A DNA stretch of 64,000 nt, taken from the NCBI GenBank assembly GCA_964016885.1, contig OZ024745.1:64852001-64916000 (forward strand), written 5' to 3'. Made by a program: the position numbers and the translations under genes. The notes beneath the pieces are model-generated. The model had not been told where the DNA came from. It worked only from the letters and a program-made list of their open reading frames with translations, and made no database searches. Position 1 is the first letter of the stretch. Each line of letters starts with the position of its first letter. Source of the stretch: Eledone cirrhosa. Its lineage: Eukaryota. This document shows, one piece after another, positions 1 to 13,200 of the stretch.

Positions 1-1484
1 GGGACCCATTTTATATTTGGGTGATCCATTTTTTATTTGGGTGATCCATTTTTTATTTGGGGGATCCATTTTTTATTTGGGGGATCCATCTTTTATTTGG
101 GGGATCCATTTTTTATTTGGGGGATCCATTTTTTATTTCGGGGATCCATTTTTTATTTGGGTGATTCATTTTTTATTTGGGGGATCCATTTTTTATTTGG
201 GTGATCCATTTTTTTTATTTTGGGGTTCATTTTTTATTTGGGTGATCCATTTTTTATTTGGGTGATCCATTTTTTAATTGGGTGATCCATTTTTATTTGG
301 GTGATCCATTTTTTACTTGGGGGATCCATTTTTTATTTGGGTGATCCATTTTTTATTTTGCTGATTCATTTTTTATTTGGGTGATCCATTTTTTATTTGG
401 AGGATCCATTTTTTATTTGGGTGAACCATTTTTTATTTGGGGGATCCATTTTTTATTTGGGTGATCCATTTTTTATTTGGGTGATCCATTTTTTATTTGG
501 GGGATCCATGTTTTATTTGGGTGATCCATTTTTTATTTGGGTCATCCATTTTTTATTTGGGGGATCCATTTTTTATTTGGGGGGTCCATTTTTTATTTGG
601 GTGATCCATTTTTATTTGGAGATCCATTTTGTATTTGGGTGATCCATTTTGTATTTGGGGGATCCATTTTTTAATTGGGTGATCCATTTTTTATTTGGGG
701 GATCCATTTTTTATTTGGGGGATCCATTTTTTATTTGGGGGATCCATTGTTTATTTGGGTGATCCATTTTTTATTTGGGTGATCCATTTTTTATTTGGGG
801 GATCCATTTTTTATTTGGGTGATCCATTTTTTATTTGGGTGATCCATTTTTTATTTGGGTGATCCATTTTTTATTTGTGGGATCCATTTTTTATTTGGGT
901 GATCCATTTTTTATTTGGGGGATCCTTTTTTTATTTGGGTGATCGATTTTTTATTTGGGTGATCCATTTTTTATTTGGGGGATCCATTTTTTATTTGGGT
1001 GATCCATTTTTTATTTGGGTGATACATTTTTTATTTGGGGGATCCATTTTTTATTTGGGTGATCCATTTTTTATTTGGGGGATCCATTTTTTATTTGGGG
1101 GATCCATTTTTTATTTGGGTGATCCATTTTTTATTTGGGTGATCCATTTTTTATTTGGGGGGATCCATTTTTTATTTGGGTGATCCATTTTTTATTTGGG
1201 GGATCCATTTTTTATTTGGGTGATCCATTTTTTATTTGGGGGATCCATTTTTTATTTGGGTGATCCATTTTTTATTTGGGTGATCCATTTTTTAATTGGG
1301 TGATCCATTTTTTATTTGGGGGATCCATTTTTTATTTGGGTGATCCATTTTTTAGTTGGGTGGTCCATTTTTTATTTGGGTGATCCATTTTTTATTTGGG
1401 GGATCCATTTTTTATTTGGGTGATCCATTTTTTATTTGGGGATCCATTTTTTATTTGGGTGATCCATTTTTTATTTGGGTGACC

Positions 1485-4205
1485 ATTTTTTATTTGGGGG
1501 ATTCATTTTTTATTTGGGTGATTCATTTTTTATTTGGGGGGTCCATTTTTTATTTGGGGGATCCATTTTTATTTGGGTGATCCATTTTTTATTTGGGGGA
1601 TCCATTTTTTATTTGGGTGATCCATTTTTTATTTGGGTTGATCCCTTTTTTATTTGGGTGATCCATTTTTTATTTGAGGGATCCATTTTATATTTGGGTG
1701 ATCCATTTTTTATTTGGGTGATCCATTTTTTATTTGGGGGATCCATTTTTTATTTGGGGGATCCATTTTTTATTTGTGGGATCCATTTTTTATTTGGGGG
1801 ATCCATTTTTTATTTCGGGGATCCATTTTTTATTTGGGTGATTCATTTTTTATTTGGGGGATCCATTTTTTATTTGGGTGATCCATTTTTTTTATTTGGG
1901 GGTCCATTTTTTATTTGGGTGATCTATTTTTTATTTGGGTGATCCATTTTTTAATTAGGTGATCCATCTTTATTTGGGTGATCCATTTTTTACTTGGGGG
2001 ATCCATTTTTTATTTGGGTGATCCATTTTTTATTTTGATGATTCATTTTTTATTTGGGTGATCCATTTTTTATTTGGGGGATCCATTTTTTATTTGGATG
2101 AACCATTTTTTATTTGGGGGATCCATCTTTTATTTGGGTGATCCATTTTTTATTTGGGTGATCCATTTTTTATTTGGGGGATCCATTTTTTATTTGGGTG
2201 ATCCATTTTTTATTTGGGTGATCCATTTTTTATTTGGGGGATCCATTTTTTATTTGGGGGATCCATTTTTTATTTGGGTGATCCATTTTTATTTGGAGAT
2301 CCATTTTGTATTTGGGTGATCCATTTTTTAATTGGGTGATCCATTTTTTATTTGGGGGATCCATTTTTTATTTGGGGGATCCATTTTTTATTTGGGTGAA
2401 CCATTTTTTATTTGGGGGATCCATTTTTTATTTGGGTGATCCATTTTTTATTTGGGTGATCCATTTTTTATTTGGGGGATCCATTTTTTATTTGGGTGAT
2501 CCATTTTTTATTTGGGTGATCCATTTTTTATTTGGGGGATCCATTTTTTATTTGGGGGATCCATTTTTTATTTGGGTGATCCATTTTTATTTGGAGATCC
2601 ATTTTGTATTTGGGTGATCCATTTTTTAATTGGGTGATCCATTTTTTATTTGGGTGATCCATTTTTTATTTGGGGGATCCATTTTTTATTTGGGTGATCC
2701 ATTCTTTATTTGGGTGGTCCATTTTTTATTTGGGTGATCCATTTTTTATTTGGGGGATCCATTTTTTATTTGGGTGATCCATTTTTTATTTGGGGATCCA
2801 TTTTTTATTTGGGTGATCCATTTTTTATTTGGTTGATCCATTTTTTATTTGGGGGATACATTTTTTATTTGGGTGATCCATTTTTTATTTGGGGGATTCA
2901 TTTTTTATTTGGGTGATTCATTTTTTATTTGGGGGGTCCATTTTTTATTTGGGGGATCCATTTTTATTTGGGTGATCCATTTTTTATTTGGGGGATCCAT
3001 TTTTTATTTGGGTGATCCATTTTTTATTTGGGTTGATCCCTTTTTTATTTGGGTGATCCATTTTTTATTTGAGGGATCCATTTTATATTTGGGTGATCCA
3101 TTTTTTATTTGGGTGATCCATTTTTTATTTGGGGGATCCATTTTTTATTTGGGGGATCCATTTTTTATTTGGGGGATCCATTTTTTATTTGGGGGATCCA
3201 TTTTTTATTTCGGGGATCCATTTTTTATTTGGGTGATTCATTTTTTATTTGGGGGATCCATTTTTTATTTGGGTGATCCATTTTTTTTATTTGGGGGTCC
3301 ATTTTTTATTTGGGTGATCCATTTTTTATTTGGGTGATCCATTTTTTAATTAGGTGATCCATCTTTATTTGGGTGATCCATTTTTTACTTGGGGGATCCA
3401 TTTTTTATTTGGGTGATCCATTTTTTATTTTGATGATTCATTTTTTATTTGGGTGATCCATTTTTTATTTGGGGGATCCATTTTTTATTTGGATGAACCA
3501 TTTTTTATTTGGGTGATCCATTTTTTATTTGGGTGATCCATTTTTTATTTGGGGGATCCATTTTTTATTTGGGGGATCCATTTTTTATTTGGGTGATCCA
3601 TTTTTATTTGGAGATCCATTTTGTATTTGGGTGATCCATTTTTTAATTGGGTGATCCATTTTTTATTTGGGGGATCCATTTTTTATTTGGGGGATCCATT
3701 TTTTATTTGGGTGAACCATTTTTTATTTGGGGGATCCATTTTTTATTTGGGTGATCCATTTTTTATTTGGGTGATCCATTTTTTATTTGGGGGATCCATT
3801 TTTTATTTGGGTGATCCATTTTTTATTTGGGTGATCCATTTTTTATTTGGGGGATCCATTTTTTATTTGGGGGATCCATTTTTTATTTGGGTGATCCATT
3901 TTTATTTGGAGATCCATTTTGTATTTGGGTGATCCATTTTTTAATTGGGTGATCCATTTTTTATTTGGGTGATCCATTTTTTATTTGGGGGATCCATTTT
4001 TTATTTGGGTGATCCATTTTTTATTTGGGTGGTCCATTTTTTATTTGGGTGATCCATTTTTTATTTGGGGGATCCATTTTTTATTTGGGTGATCCATTTT
4101 TTATTTGGGGATCCATTTTTTATTTGGGTGATCCATTTTTTATTTGGTTGATCCATTTTTTATTTGGGGGATACATTTTTTATTTGGGTGATCCATTTTT
4201 TATTT
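1485..4205 (+). repeat. Tandem duplication, unit ~1395 bp, second copy lacking 4 monomers (80 bp)
   Basis: GATTC landmark at 1500 vs 2895 (offset 1395). Later landmarks are offset 1315 (ORFs 2306/3621 and 2710/4025; GATAC 2855/4170). The deletion lies near 3500. Confidence 0.8.
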
Positions 4206-7200
4206 GGGGGGACCATTTTTTATTTGGGGGATCCATTTTTATTTGGGTGATCCATTTTTTATTTGGGGGATCCATTATTTATTTGGGTGATCCCTTTTTT
4301 ATTTGGGGGATCCATTTTTTATTTGGGTGATCCATTTTTTATTTGGGGGATCCATTTTTTATTTGGGGGATTCATTTTTTATTTGGGTGATCCATTTTTT
4401 ATTAGGGGGATCCATTTTTTATTTGGGTGATCCATTTTTATTTGGAGATCCATTTTTTATTTAGGTGATCCATTTTATAATTGGGTGATCCATTTTTTAT
4501 TTGGGGGATCCATTTTCTATTTGGAGGATCCATTATTTATTTGGGTGATCCATTTTTTATTTGGGTGATCCATTTTTTATTTGGGTGATCCATTTTTTAT
4601 TTGGGTTGATCCCTTTTTTATTTGGGGGATCCATTTTTTATTTGGGTGATCCATTTTTTATTTTGGGGATCCATTTTTTATTTGGGTGATCCATTTTTTA
4701 TTTGGGTGATCCATTTTTTATTTGGGGGATCCATTTTTTATTTGGGTGATCCATTTTTTATTTGGGTGATCCATTTTTTATTTGAGGGACCCATTTTATA
4801 TTTGGGTGATCCATTTTTTATTTGGGTGATCCATTTTTTATTTGGGGGATCCATTTTTTATTTGGGGGATCCATCTTTTATTTGGGGGATCCATTTTTTA
4901 TTTGGGGGATCCATTTTTTATTTCGGGGATCCATTTTTTATTTGGGTGATTCATTTTTTATTTGGGGGATCCATTTTTTATTTGGGTGATCCATTTTTTT
5001 TATTTGGGGGTCCATTTTTATTTGGGTGATCCATTTTTTACTTGGGGGATCCATTTTTTATTTGGGTGATCCATTTTTTATTTTGCTGATTCATTTTTTA
5101 TTTGGGTGATCCATTTTTTATTTGGGGGTTCCATTTTTTATTTGGGTGAACCATTTTTTATTTGGGAGATCCATTTTTTATTTGGGTGATCCATTTTTTA
5201 TTTGGGTGATCCATTTTTTATTTGGGTGATCCATTTTTTATTTGGGTGATCCATTTTTTATTTGGGGGATCCATTTTTTATTTGGGTGATCCATTTTTTA
5301 TTTGGGTGATCCATTTTTTATTTGAGGGATCCATTTTATATTTGGGTGATCCATTTTTTATTTGGGTGATCCATTTTTTATTTGGGGGATCCATTTTTTA
5401 TTTGGGGGATCCATTTTTTATTTGGGGGATCCATTTTTTATTTGGGGGATCCATTTTTTATTTCGGGGATCCATTTTTTATTTGGGTGATTCATTTTTTA
5501 TTTGGGGGATCCATTTTTTATTTGGGTGATCCATTTTTTTTATTTGGGGGTCCATTTTTTATTTGGGTGATCCATTTTTTATTTGGGTGATCCATTTTTT
5601 AATTGGGTGATCCATTTTTATTTGGGTGATCCATTTTTTACTTGGGGGATCCATTTTTTATTTGGGTGATCCATTTTTTATTTTGCTGATTCATTTTTTA
5701 TTTGGGTGATCCATTTTTTATTTGGGGGATCCATTTTTTATTTGGGTGAACCATTTTTTATTTGGGGGATCCATCTTTTATTTGGGTGATCCATTTTTTA
5801 TTTGGGTGATCCATTTTTTATTTGGGGGATCCATTTTTTATTTGGGTGATCCATTTTTTATTTGGGTGATCCATTTTTTATTTGGGGGATCCATTTTTTA
5901 TTTGGGGGATCCATTTTTTATTTGGGTGATCCATTTTTATTTGGAGATCCATTTTGTATTTGGGTGATCCATTTTTTAATTGGGTGATCCATTTTTTATT
6001 TGGGTGATCCATTTTTTATTTGGGGGATCCATTTTTTATTTGGGTGATCCATTTTTTATTTGGGTGGTCCATTTTTTATTTGGGTGATCCATTTTTTATT
6101 TGGGGGATCCATTTTTTATTTGGGTGATTCATTTTTTATTTGGGGATCCATTTTTTATTTGGGTGATCCATTTTTTATTTGGGTGATCCATTTTTTATTT
6201 GGGGGATACATTTTTTATTTGGGTGATCATTTTTTATTTGGGGGGTCCATTTTTTATTTGGGGGATCCATTTTTTATTTGGGTGATCAATTTTTTAATTG
6301 GGGGATCCATTTTTTATTTGGGGGATCCATTTTTTAGTTGGGTGGTCCATTTTTTATTTGGGTGATCCATTTTTTATTTGGGGGATCCATTTTTTATTTG
6401 GGTGATCCATTTTTTATTTGGGGATCCATTTTTTATTTGGGTGATCCATTTTTTATTTGGGTGATCCATTTTTTATTTGGGGGATCCATTTTTTATTTGG
6501 GTGATCCATTTTTTATTTGGGGATCCATTTTTTATTTGGGTGATCCATTTTTTATTTGGGTGATCCATTTTTTATTTGGGGGATCCATTTTTTATTTGGG
6601 TGATCCATTTTTTATTTGGGGGTGCATTTTTTATTTGGGGGATCCATTTTTATTTGGGTGATCCATTTTTTATTTGGGGGATCCATTTTTTATTTGGGTG
6701 ATCCATTTTTTATTTGGGTTGATCCCTTTTTTATTTGGGGGATCCATTTTTTATTTGGGTGATCCATTTTTTATTTGGGGGATCCATTTTTTATTTGGGG
6801 GATCCATTTTTTATTTGGTTGATCCATTTTTTATTAGGGGGATCCATTTTTTATTTGGGTGATCCATTTTAATTTGGAGATCCATTTTTTGTTTAGGTGA
6901 TCCATTTTATAATTGGGTGATCCATTTTTTATTTGGGGGATCCATTTTTTATTTGGGGGATCCATTATTTATTTGGGTGATCCATTTTTTATTTGGGTGA
7001 TCCATTTTTTATTTGGGTGATCCATTTTTTATTTGGGTGATCCATTTTTTATTTGGGTGATCCATTTTTTATTTGGGGGATCCATTTTTTATTTGGGTGA
7101 TCCATTCTTTATTTGGGTGATCCATTTTTTATTTGAGGGATCCATTTTATATTTGGGTGATCCATTTTTTATTTGGGTGATCCATTTTTTATTTGGGGGA

Positions 7201-10200
7201 TCCATTTTTTATTTGGGGGATCCATTTTTTATTTGGGGGATCCATTTTTTATTTGGGGGATCCATTTTTTATTTCGGGGATCCATTTTTTATTTGGGTGA
7301 TTCATTTTTTATTTGGGGGATCCATTTTTTATTTGGGTGATCCATTTTTTTTATTTGGGGGTCCATTTTATATTTGGGTGATCCATTTTTTATTTGGATG
7401 ATCCATTTTTTAATTGGGTGATCCATTTTTATTTGGGTGATCCATTTTTTACTTGGGGGATCCATTTTTTATTTGGGTGATCCATTTTTTATTTTGCTGA
7501 TTCATTTTTTATTTGGGTGATCCATTTTTTATTTGGGGGATCCATTTTTTATTTGGGTGAACCATTTTTTATTTGGGAGATCCATTTTTTATTTGGGTGA
7601 TCCATTTTTTATTTGGGTGATCCATTTTTTATTTGGGGGATCCATTTTTTATTTGGGTGATCCATTTTTTATTTGGGTGATCCATTTTTTATTTGGGTTG
7701 ATCCCTTTTTTATTTGGGGGATCCATTTTTTATTTGGGTGATCCATTTTTTATTTCGGGGATCCATTTTTTATTTGGGGGATCCATTTTTTATTTGGTTG
7801 ATCCATTTTTTATTAGGGGGATCCATTTTTTATTTGGGTGATCCATTTTAATTTGGAGATCCATTTTTTGTTTAGGTGATCCATTTTATAATTGGGTGAT
7901 CCATTTTTTATTTGGGGGATCCATTTTTTATTTGGGGGATCCATTATTTATTTGGGTGATCCATTTTTTATTTGGGTGATCCATTTTTTATTTGGGTGAT
8001 CCATTTTTTATTTGGGTGATCCATTTTTTATTTGGGTGATCCATTTTTTATTTGGGGGATCCATTTTTTATTTGGGTGATCCATTTTTTATTTGGGTGAT
8101 CCATTTTTTATTTGAGGGATCCATTTTATATTTGGGTGATCCATTTTCTATTTGGGTGATCCATTTTTTATTTGGGGGATCCATTTTTTATTTGTGGGAT
8201 CCATTTTTTATTTGGGGGATCCATTTTTTATTTCGGGGATCCATTTTTTATTTGGGTGATTCATTTTTTATTTGGGGGATCCATTTTTTATTTGGGTGAT
8301 CCATTTTTTTTATTTGGGGGTCCATTTTTTATTTGGGTGATCCATTTTTTATTTGGATGATCCATTTTTTAATTGGGTGATCCATTTTTATTTGGGTGAT
8401 CCATTTTTTACTTGGGGGATCCATTTTTTATTTGGGTGATCCATTTTTTATTTTGCTGATTCATTTTTTATTTGGGTGATCCATTTTTTATTTGGGGGAT
8501 CCATTTTTTATTTGGGTGAACCATTTTTTATTTGGGAGATCCATTTTTTATTTGGGTGATCCATTTTTTATTTGGGTGATCCATTTTTTATTTGGGGGAT
8601 CCATTTTTTATTTGGGTGATCCATTTTTTATTTGGGTGATCCATTTTTTATTTGGGGATCCATTTTTTATTTGGGTGATCCATTTTTTATTTGGGTGATC
8701 CATTTTTTATTTGAGGGATCCATTTTATATTTGGGTGATCCATTTTTTATTTGGGTGATCCATTTTTTATTTGGGGGATCCATTTTTTATTTGGGGGATC
8801 CATTTTTTATTTGGGGGATCCATTTTTTATTTCGGGGATCCATTTTTTATTTCGGGGATCCATTTTTTATTTGGGTGATTCATTTTTTATTTGGGGGATC
8901 CATTTTTTATTTGGGTGATCCATTTTTTTTATTTGGGGGTCCATTTTTTATTTGGGTGATCCATTTTTTATTTGGGTGATCCATTTTTTAATTGGGTGAT
9001 CCATTTTTATTTGGGTGATCCATTTTTTACTTGGGGGATACATTTTTTATTTGGGTGATCCATTTTTTATTTTGCTGATTCATTTTTTATTTGGGTGATC
9101 CATTTTTTATTTGGGGGATCCATTTTTTATTTGGGTGAACCATTTTTTATTTGGGGGATCCATCTTTTATTTGGGTGATCCATTTTTTATTTGGGTGATC
9201 CATTTTTTATTTGGGGGATCCATTTTTTATTTGGGTGATCCATTTTTTATTTGGGTGATCCATTTTTTATTTGGGGGATCCATTTTTTATTTGGGGGATC
9301 CATTTTTTATTTGGGTGATCCATTTTTATTTGGAGATCCATTTTGTATTTGGGTGATCCATTTTTTAATTGGATTGATCCATTTTTTATTTGGGTGATCC
9401 ATTTTTTATTTGGGGGATCCATTTTTTATTTGGGTGATCCATTTTTTATTTGGGTGGTCCATTTTTTATTTGGGTGATCCATTTTTTATTTGGGGGATCC
9501 ATTTTTTATTTGGGTGATTCATTTTTTATTTGGGGATCCATTTTTTATTTGGGTGATCCATTTTTTATTTGGGTGATCCATTTTTTATTTGGGGGATACA
9601 TTTTTTATTTGGGTGATCCATTTTTTATTTGGGGGGTCCATTTTTTATTTGGGGGATCCATTTTTTATTTGGGTGATCAATTTTTTATTTGGGTGATCCA
9701 TTTTTTATTTGGGGGATCCATTTTTTATTTGGGTGATCCATTTTTTATTTGGGGGATCCATTTTTTATTTGGGTGATCCATTTTTTATTTGGGTGGTCCA
9801 TTTTTTATTTGGGTGATCCATTTTTTATTTGGGGGATCCATTTTTTATTTGGGTGATCCATTTTTTATTTGGGGATCCATTTTTTATTTGGGTGATCCAT
9901 TTTTTATTTGGTTGATCCATTTTTTATTTGGGGGATACATTTTTTATTTGGGTGATCCATTTTTTATTTGGGGGGACCATTTTTTATTTGGGGGATCCAT
10001 TTTTATTTGGGTGATCCATTTTTTATTTGGGGGATCCATTATTTATTTGGGTGATCCCTTTTTTATTTGGGGGATCCATTTTTTATTTGGGTGATCCATT
10101 TTTTATTTGGGGGATCCATTTTTTATTTGGGGGATTCATTTTTTATTTGGGTGATCCATTTTTTATTAGGGGGATCCATTTTTTATTTGGGTGATCCATT

Positions 10201-13200
10201 TTTATTTGGAGATCCATTTTTTATTTAGGTGATCCATTTTATAATTGGGTGATCCATTTTTTATTTGGGGGATCCATTTTCTATTTGGAGGATCCATTAT
10301 TTATTTGGGTGATCCATTTTTTATTTGGGTGATCCATTTTTTATTTGGGTGATCCATTTTTTATTTGGGTTGATCCCTTTTTTATTTGGGGGATCCATTT
10401 TTTATTTGGGTGATCCATTTTTTATTTTGGGGATCCATTTTTTATTTGGGTGATCCATTTTTTATTTGGGTGATCCATTTTTTATTTGGGGGATCCATTT
10501 TTTATTTGGGTGATCCATTTTTTATTTGGGTGATCCATTTTTTATTTGAGGGACCCATTTTATATTTGGGTGATCCATTTTTTATTTGGGTGATCCATTT
10601 TTTATTTGGGGGATCCATTTTTTATTTGGGGGATCCATCTTTTATTTGGGGGATCCATTTTTTATTTGGGGGATCCATTTTTTATTTCGGGGATCCATTT
10701 TTTATTTGGGTGATTCATTTTTTATTTGGGGGATCCATTTTTTATTTGGGTGATCCATTTTTTTTATTTGGGGGTCCATTTTTATTTGGGTGATCCATTT
10801 TTTACTTGGGGGATCCATTTTTTATTTGGGTGATCCATTTTTTATTTTGCTGATTCATTTTTTATTTGGGTGATCCATTTTTTATTTGGGGGTTCCATTT
10901 TTTATTTGGGTGAACCATTTTTTATTTGGGAGATCCATTTTTTATTTGGGTGATCCATTTTTTATTTGGGTGATCCATTTTTTATTTGGGTGATCCATTT
11001 TTTATTTGGGTGATCCATTTTTTATTTGGGGGATCCATTTTTTATTTGGGTGATCCATTTTTTATTTGGGTGATCCATTTTTTATTTGAGGGATCCATTT
11101 TATATTTGGGTGATCCATTTTTTATTTGGGTGATCCATTTTTTATTTGGGGGATCCATTTTTTATTTGGGGGATCCATTTTTTATTTGGGGGATCCATTT
11201 TTTATTTGGGGGATCCATTTTTTATTTCGGGGATCCATTTTTTATTTGGGTGATTCATTTTTTATTTGGGGGATCCATTTTTTATTTGGGTGATCCATTT
11301 TTTTTATTTGGGGGTCCATTTTTTATTTGGGTGATCCATTTTTTATTTGGGTGATCCATTTTTTAATTGGGTGATCCATTTTTATTTGGGTGATCCATTT
11401 TTTACTTGGGGGATCCATTTTTTATTTGGGTGATCCATTTTTTATTTTGCTGATTCATTTTTTATTTGGGTGATCCATTTTTTATTTGGGGGATCCATTT
11501 TTTATTTGGGTGAACCATTTTTTATTTGGGGGATCCATCTTTTATTTGGGTGATCCATTTTTTATTTGGGTGATCCATTTTTTATTTGGGGGATCCATTT
11601 TTTATTTGGGTGATCCATTTTTTATTTGGGTGATCCATTTTTTATTTGGGGGATCCATTTTTTATTTGGGGGATCCATTTTTTATTTGGGTGATCCATTT
11701 TTATTTGGAGATCCATTTTGTATTTGGGTGATCCATTTTTTAATTGGGTGATCCATTTTTTATTTGGGTGATCCATTTTTTATTTGGGGGATCCATTTTT
11801 TATTTGGGTGATCCATTTTTTATTTGGGTGGTCCATTTTTTATTTGGGTGATCCATTTTTTATTTGGGGGATCCATTTTTTATTTGGGTGATTCATTTTT
11901 TATTTGGGGATCCATTTTTTATTTGGGTGATCCATTTTTTATTTGGGTGATCCATTTTTTATTTGGGGGATACATTTTTTATTTGGGTGATCATTTTTTA
12001 TTTGGGGGGTCCATTTTTTATTTGGGGGATCCATTTTTTATTTGGGTGATCAATTTTTTAATTGGGGGATCCATTTTTTATTTGGGGGATCCATTTTTTA
12101 GTTGGGTGGTCCATTTTTTATTTGGGTGATCCATTTTTTATTTGGGGGATCCATTTTTTATTTGGGTGATCCATTTTTTATTTGGGGATCCATTTTTTAT
12201 TTGGGTGATCCATTTTTTATTTGGGTGATCCATTTTTTATTTGGGGGATCCATTTTTTATTTGGGTGATCCATTTTTTATTTGGGGATCCATTTTTTATT
12301 TGGGTGATCCATTTTTTATTTGGGTGATCCATTTTTTATTTGGGGGATCCATTTTTTATTTGGGTGATCCATTTTTTATTTGGGGGTGCATTTTTTATTT
12401 GGGGGATCCATTTTTATTTGGGTGATCCATTTTTTATTTGGGGGATCCATTTTTTATTTGGGTGATCCATTTTTTATTTGGGTTGATCCCTTTTTTATTT
12501 GGGGGATCCATTTTTTATTTGGGTGATCCATTTTTTATTTGGGGGATCCATTTTTTATTTGGGGGATCCATTTTTTATTTGGTTGATCCATTTTTTATTA
12601 GGGGGATCCATTTTTTATTTGGGTGATCCATTTTAATTTGGAGATCCATTTTTTGTTTAGGTGATCCATTTTATAATTGGGTGATCCATTTTTTATTTGG
12701 GGGATCCATTTTTTATTTGGGGGATCCATTATTTATTTGGGTGATCCATTTTTTATTTGGGTGATCCATTTTTTATTTGGGTGATCCATTTTTTATTTGG
12801 GTGATCCATTTTTTATTTGGGTGATCCATTTTTTATTTGGGGGATCCATTTTTTATTTGGGTGATCCATTCTTTATTTGGGTGATCCATTTTTTATTTGA
12901 GGGATCCATTTTATATTTGGGTGATCCATTTTTTATTTGGGTGATCCATTTTTTATTTGGGGGATCCATTTTTTATTTGGGGGATCCATTTTTTATTTGG
13001 GGGATCCATTTTTTATTTGGGGGATCCATTTTTTATTTCGGGGATCCATTTTTTATTTGGGTGATTCATTTTTTATTTGGGGGATCCATTTTTTATTTGG
13101 GTGATCCATTTTTTTTATTTGGGGGTCCATTTTATATTTGGGTGATCCATTTTTTATTTGGATGATCCATTTTTTAATTGGGTGATCCATTTTTATTTGG

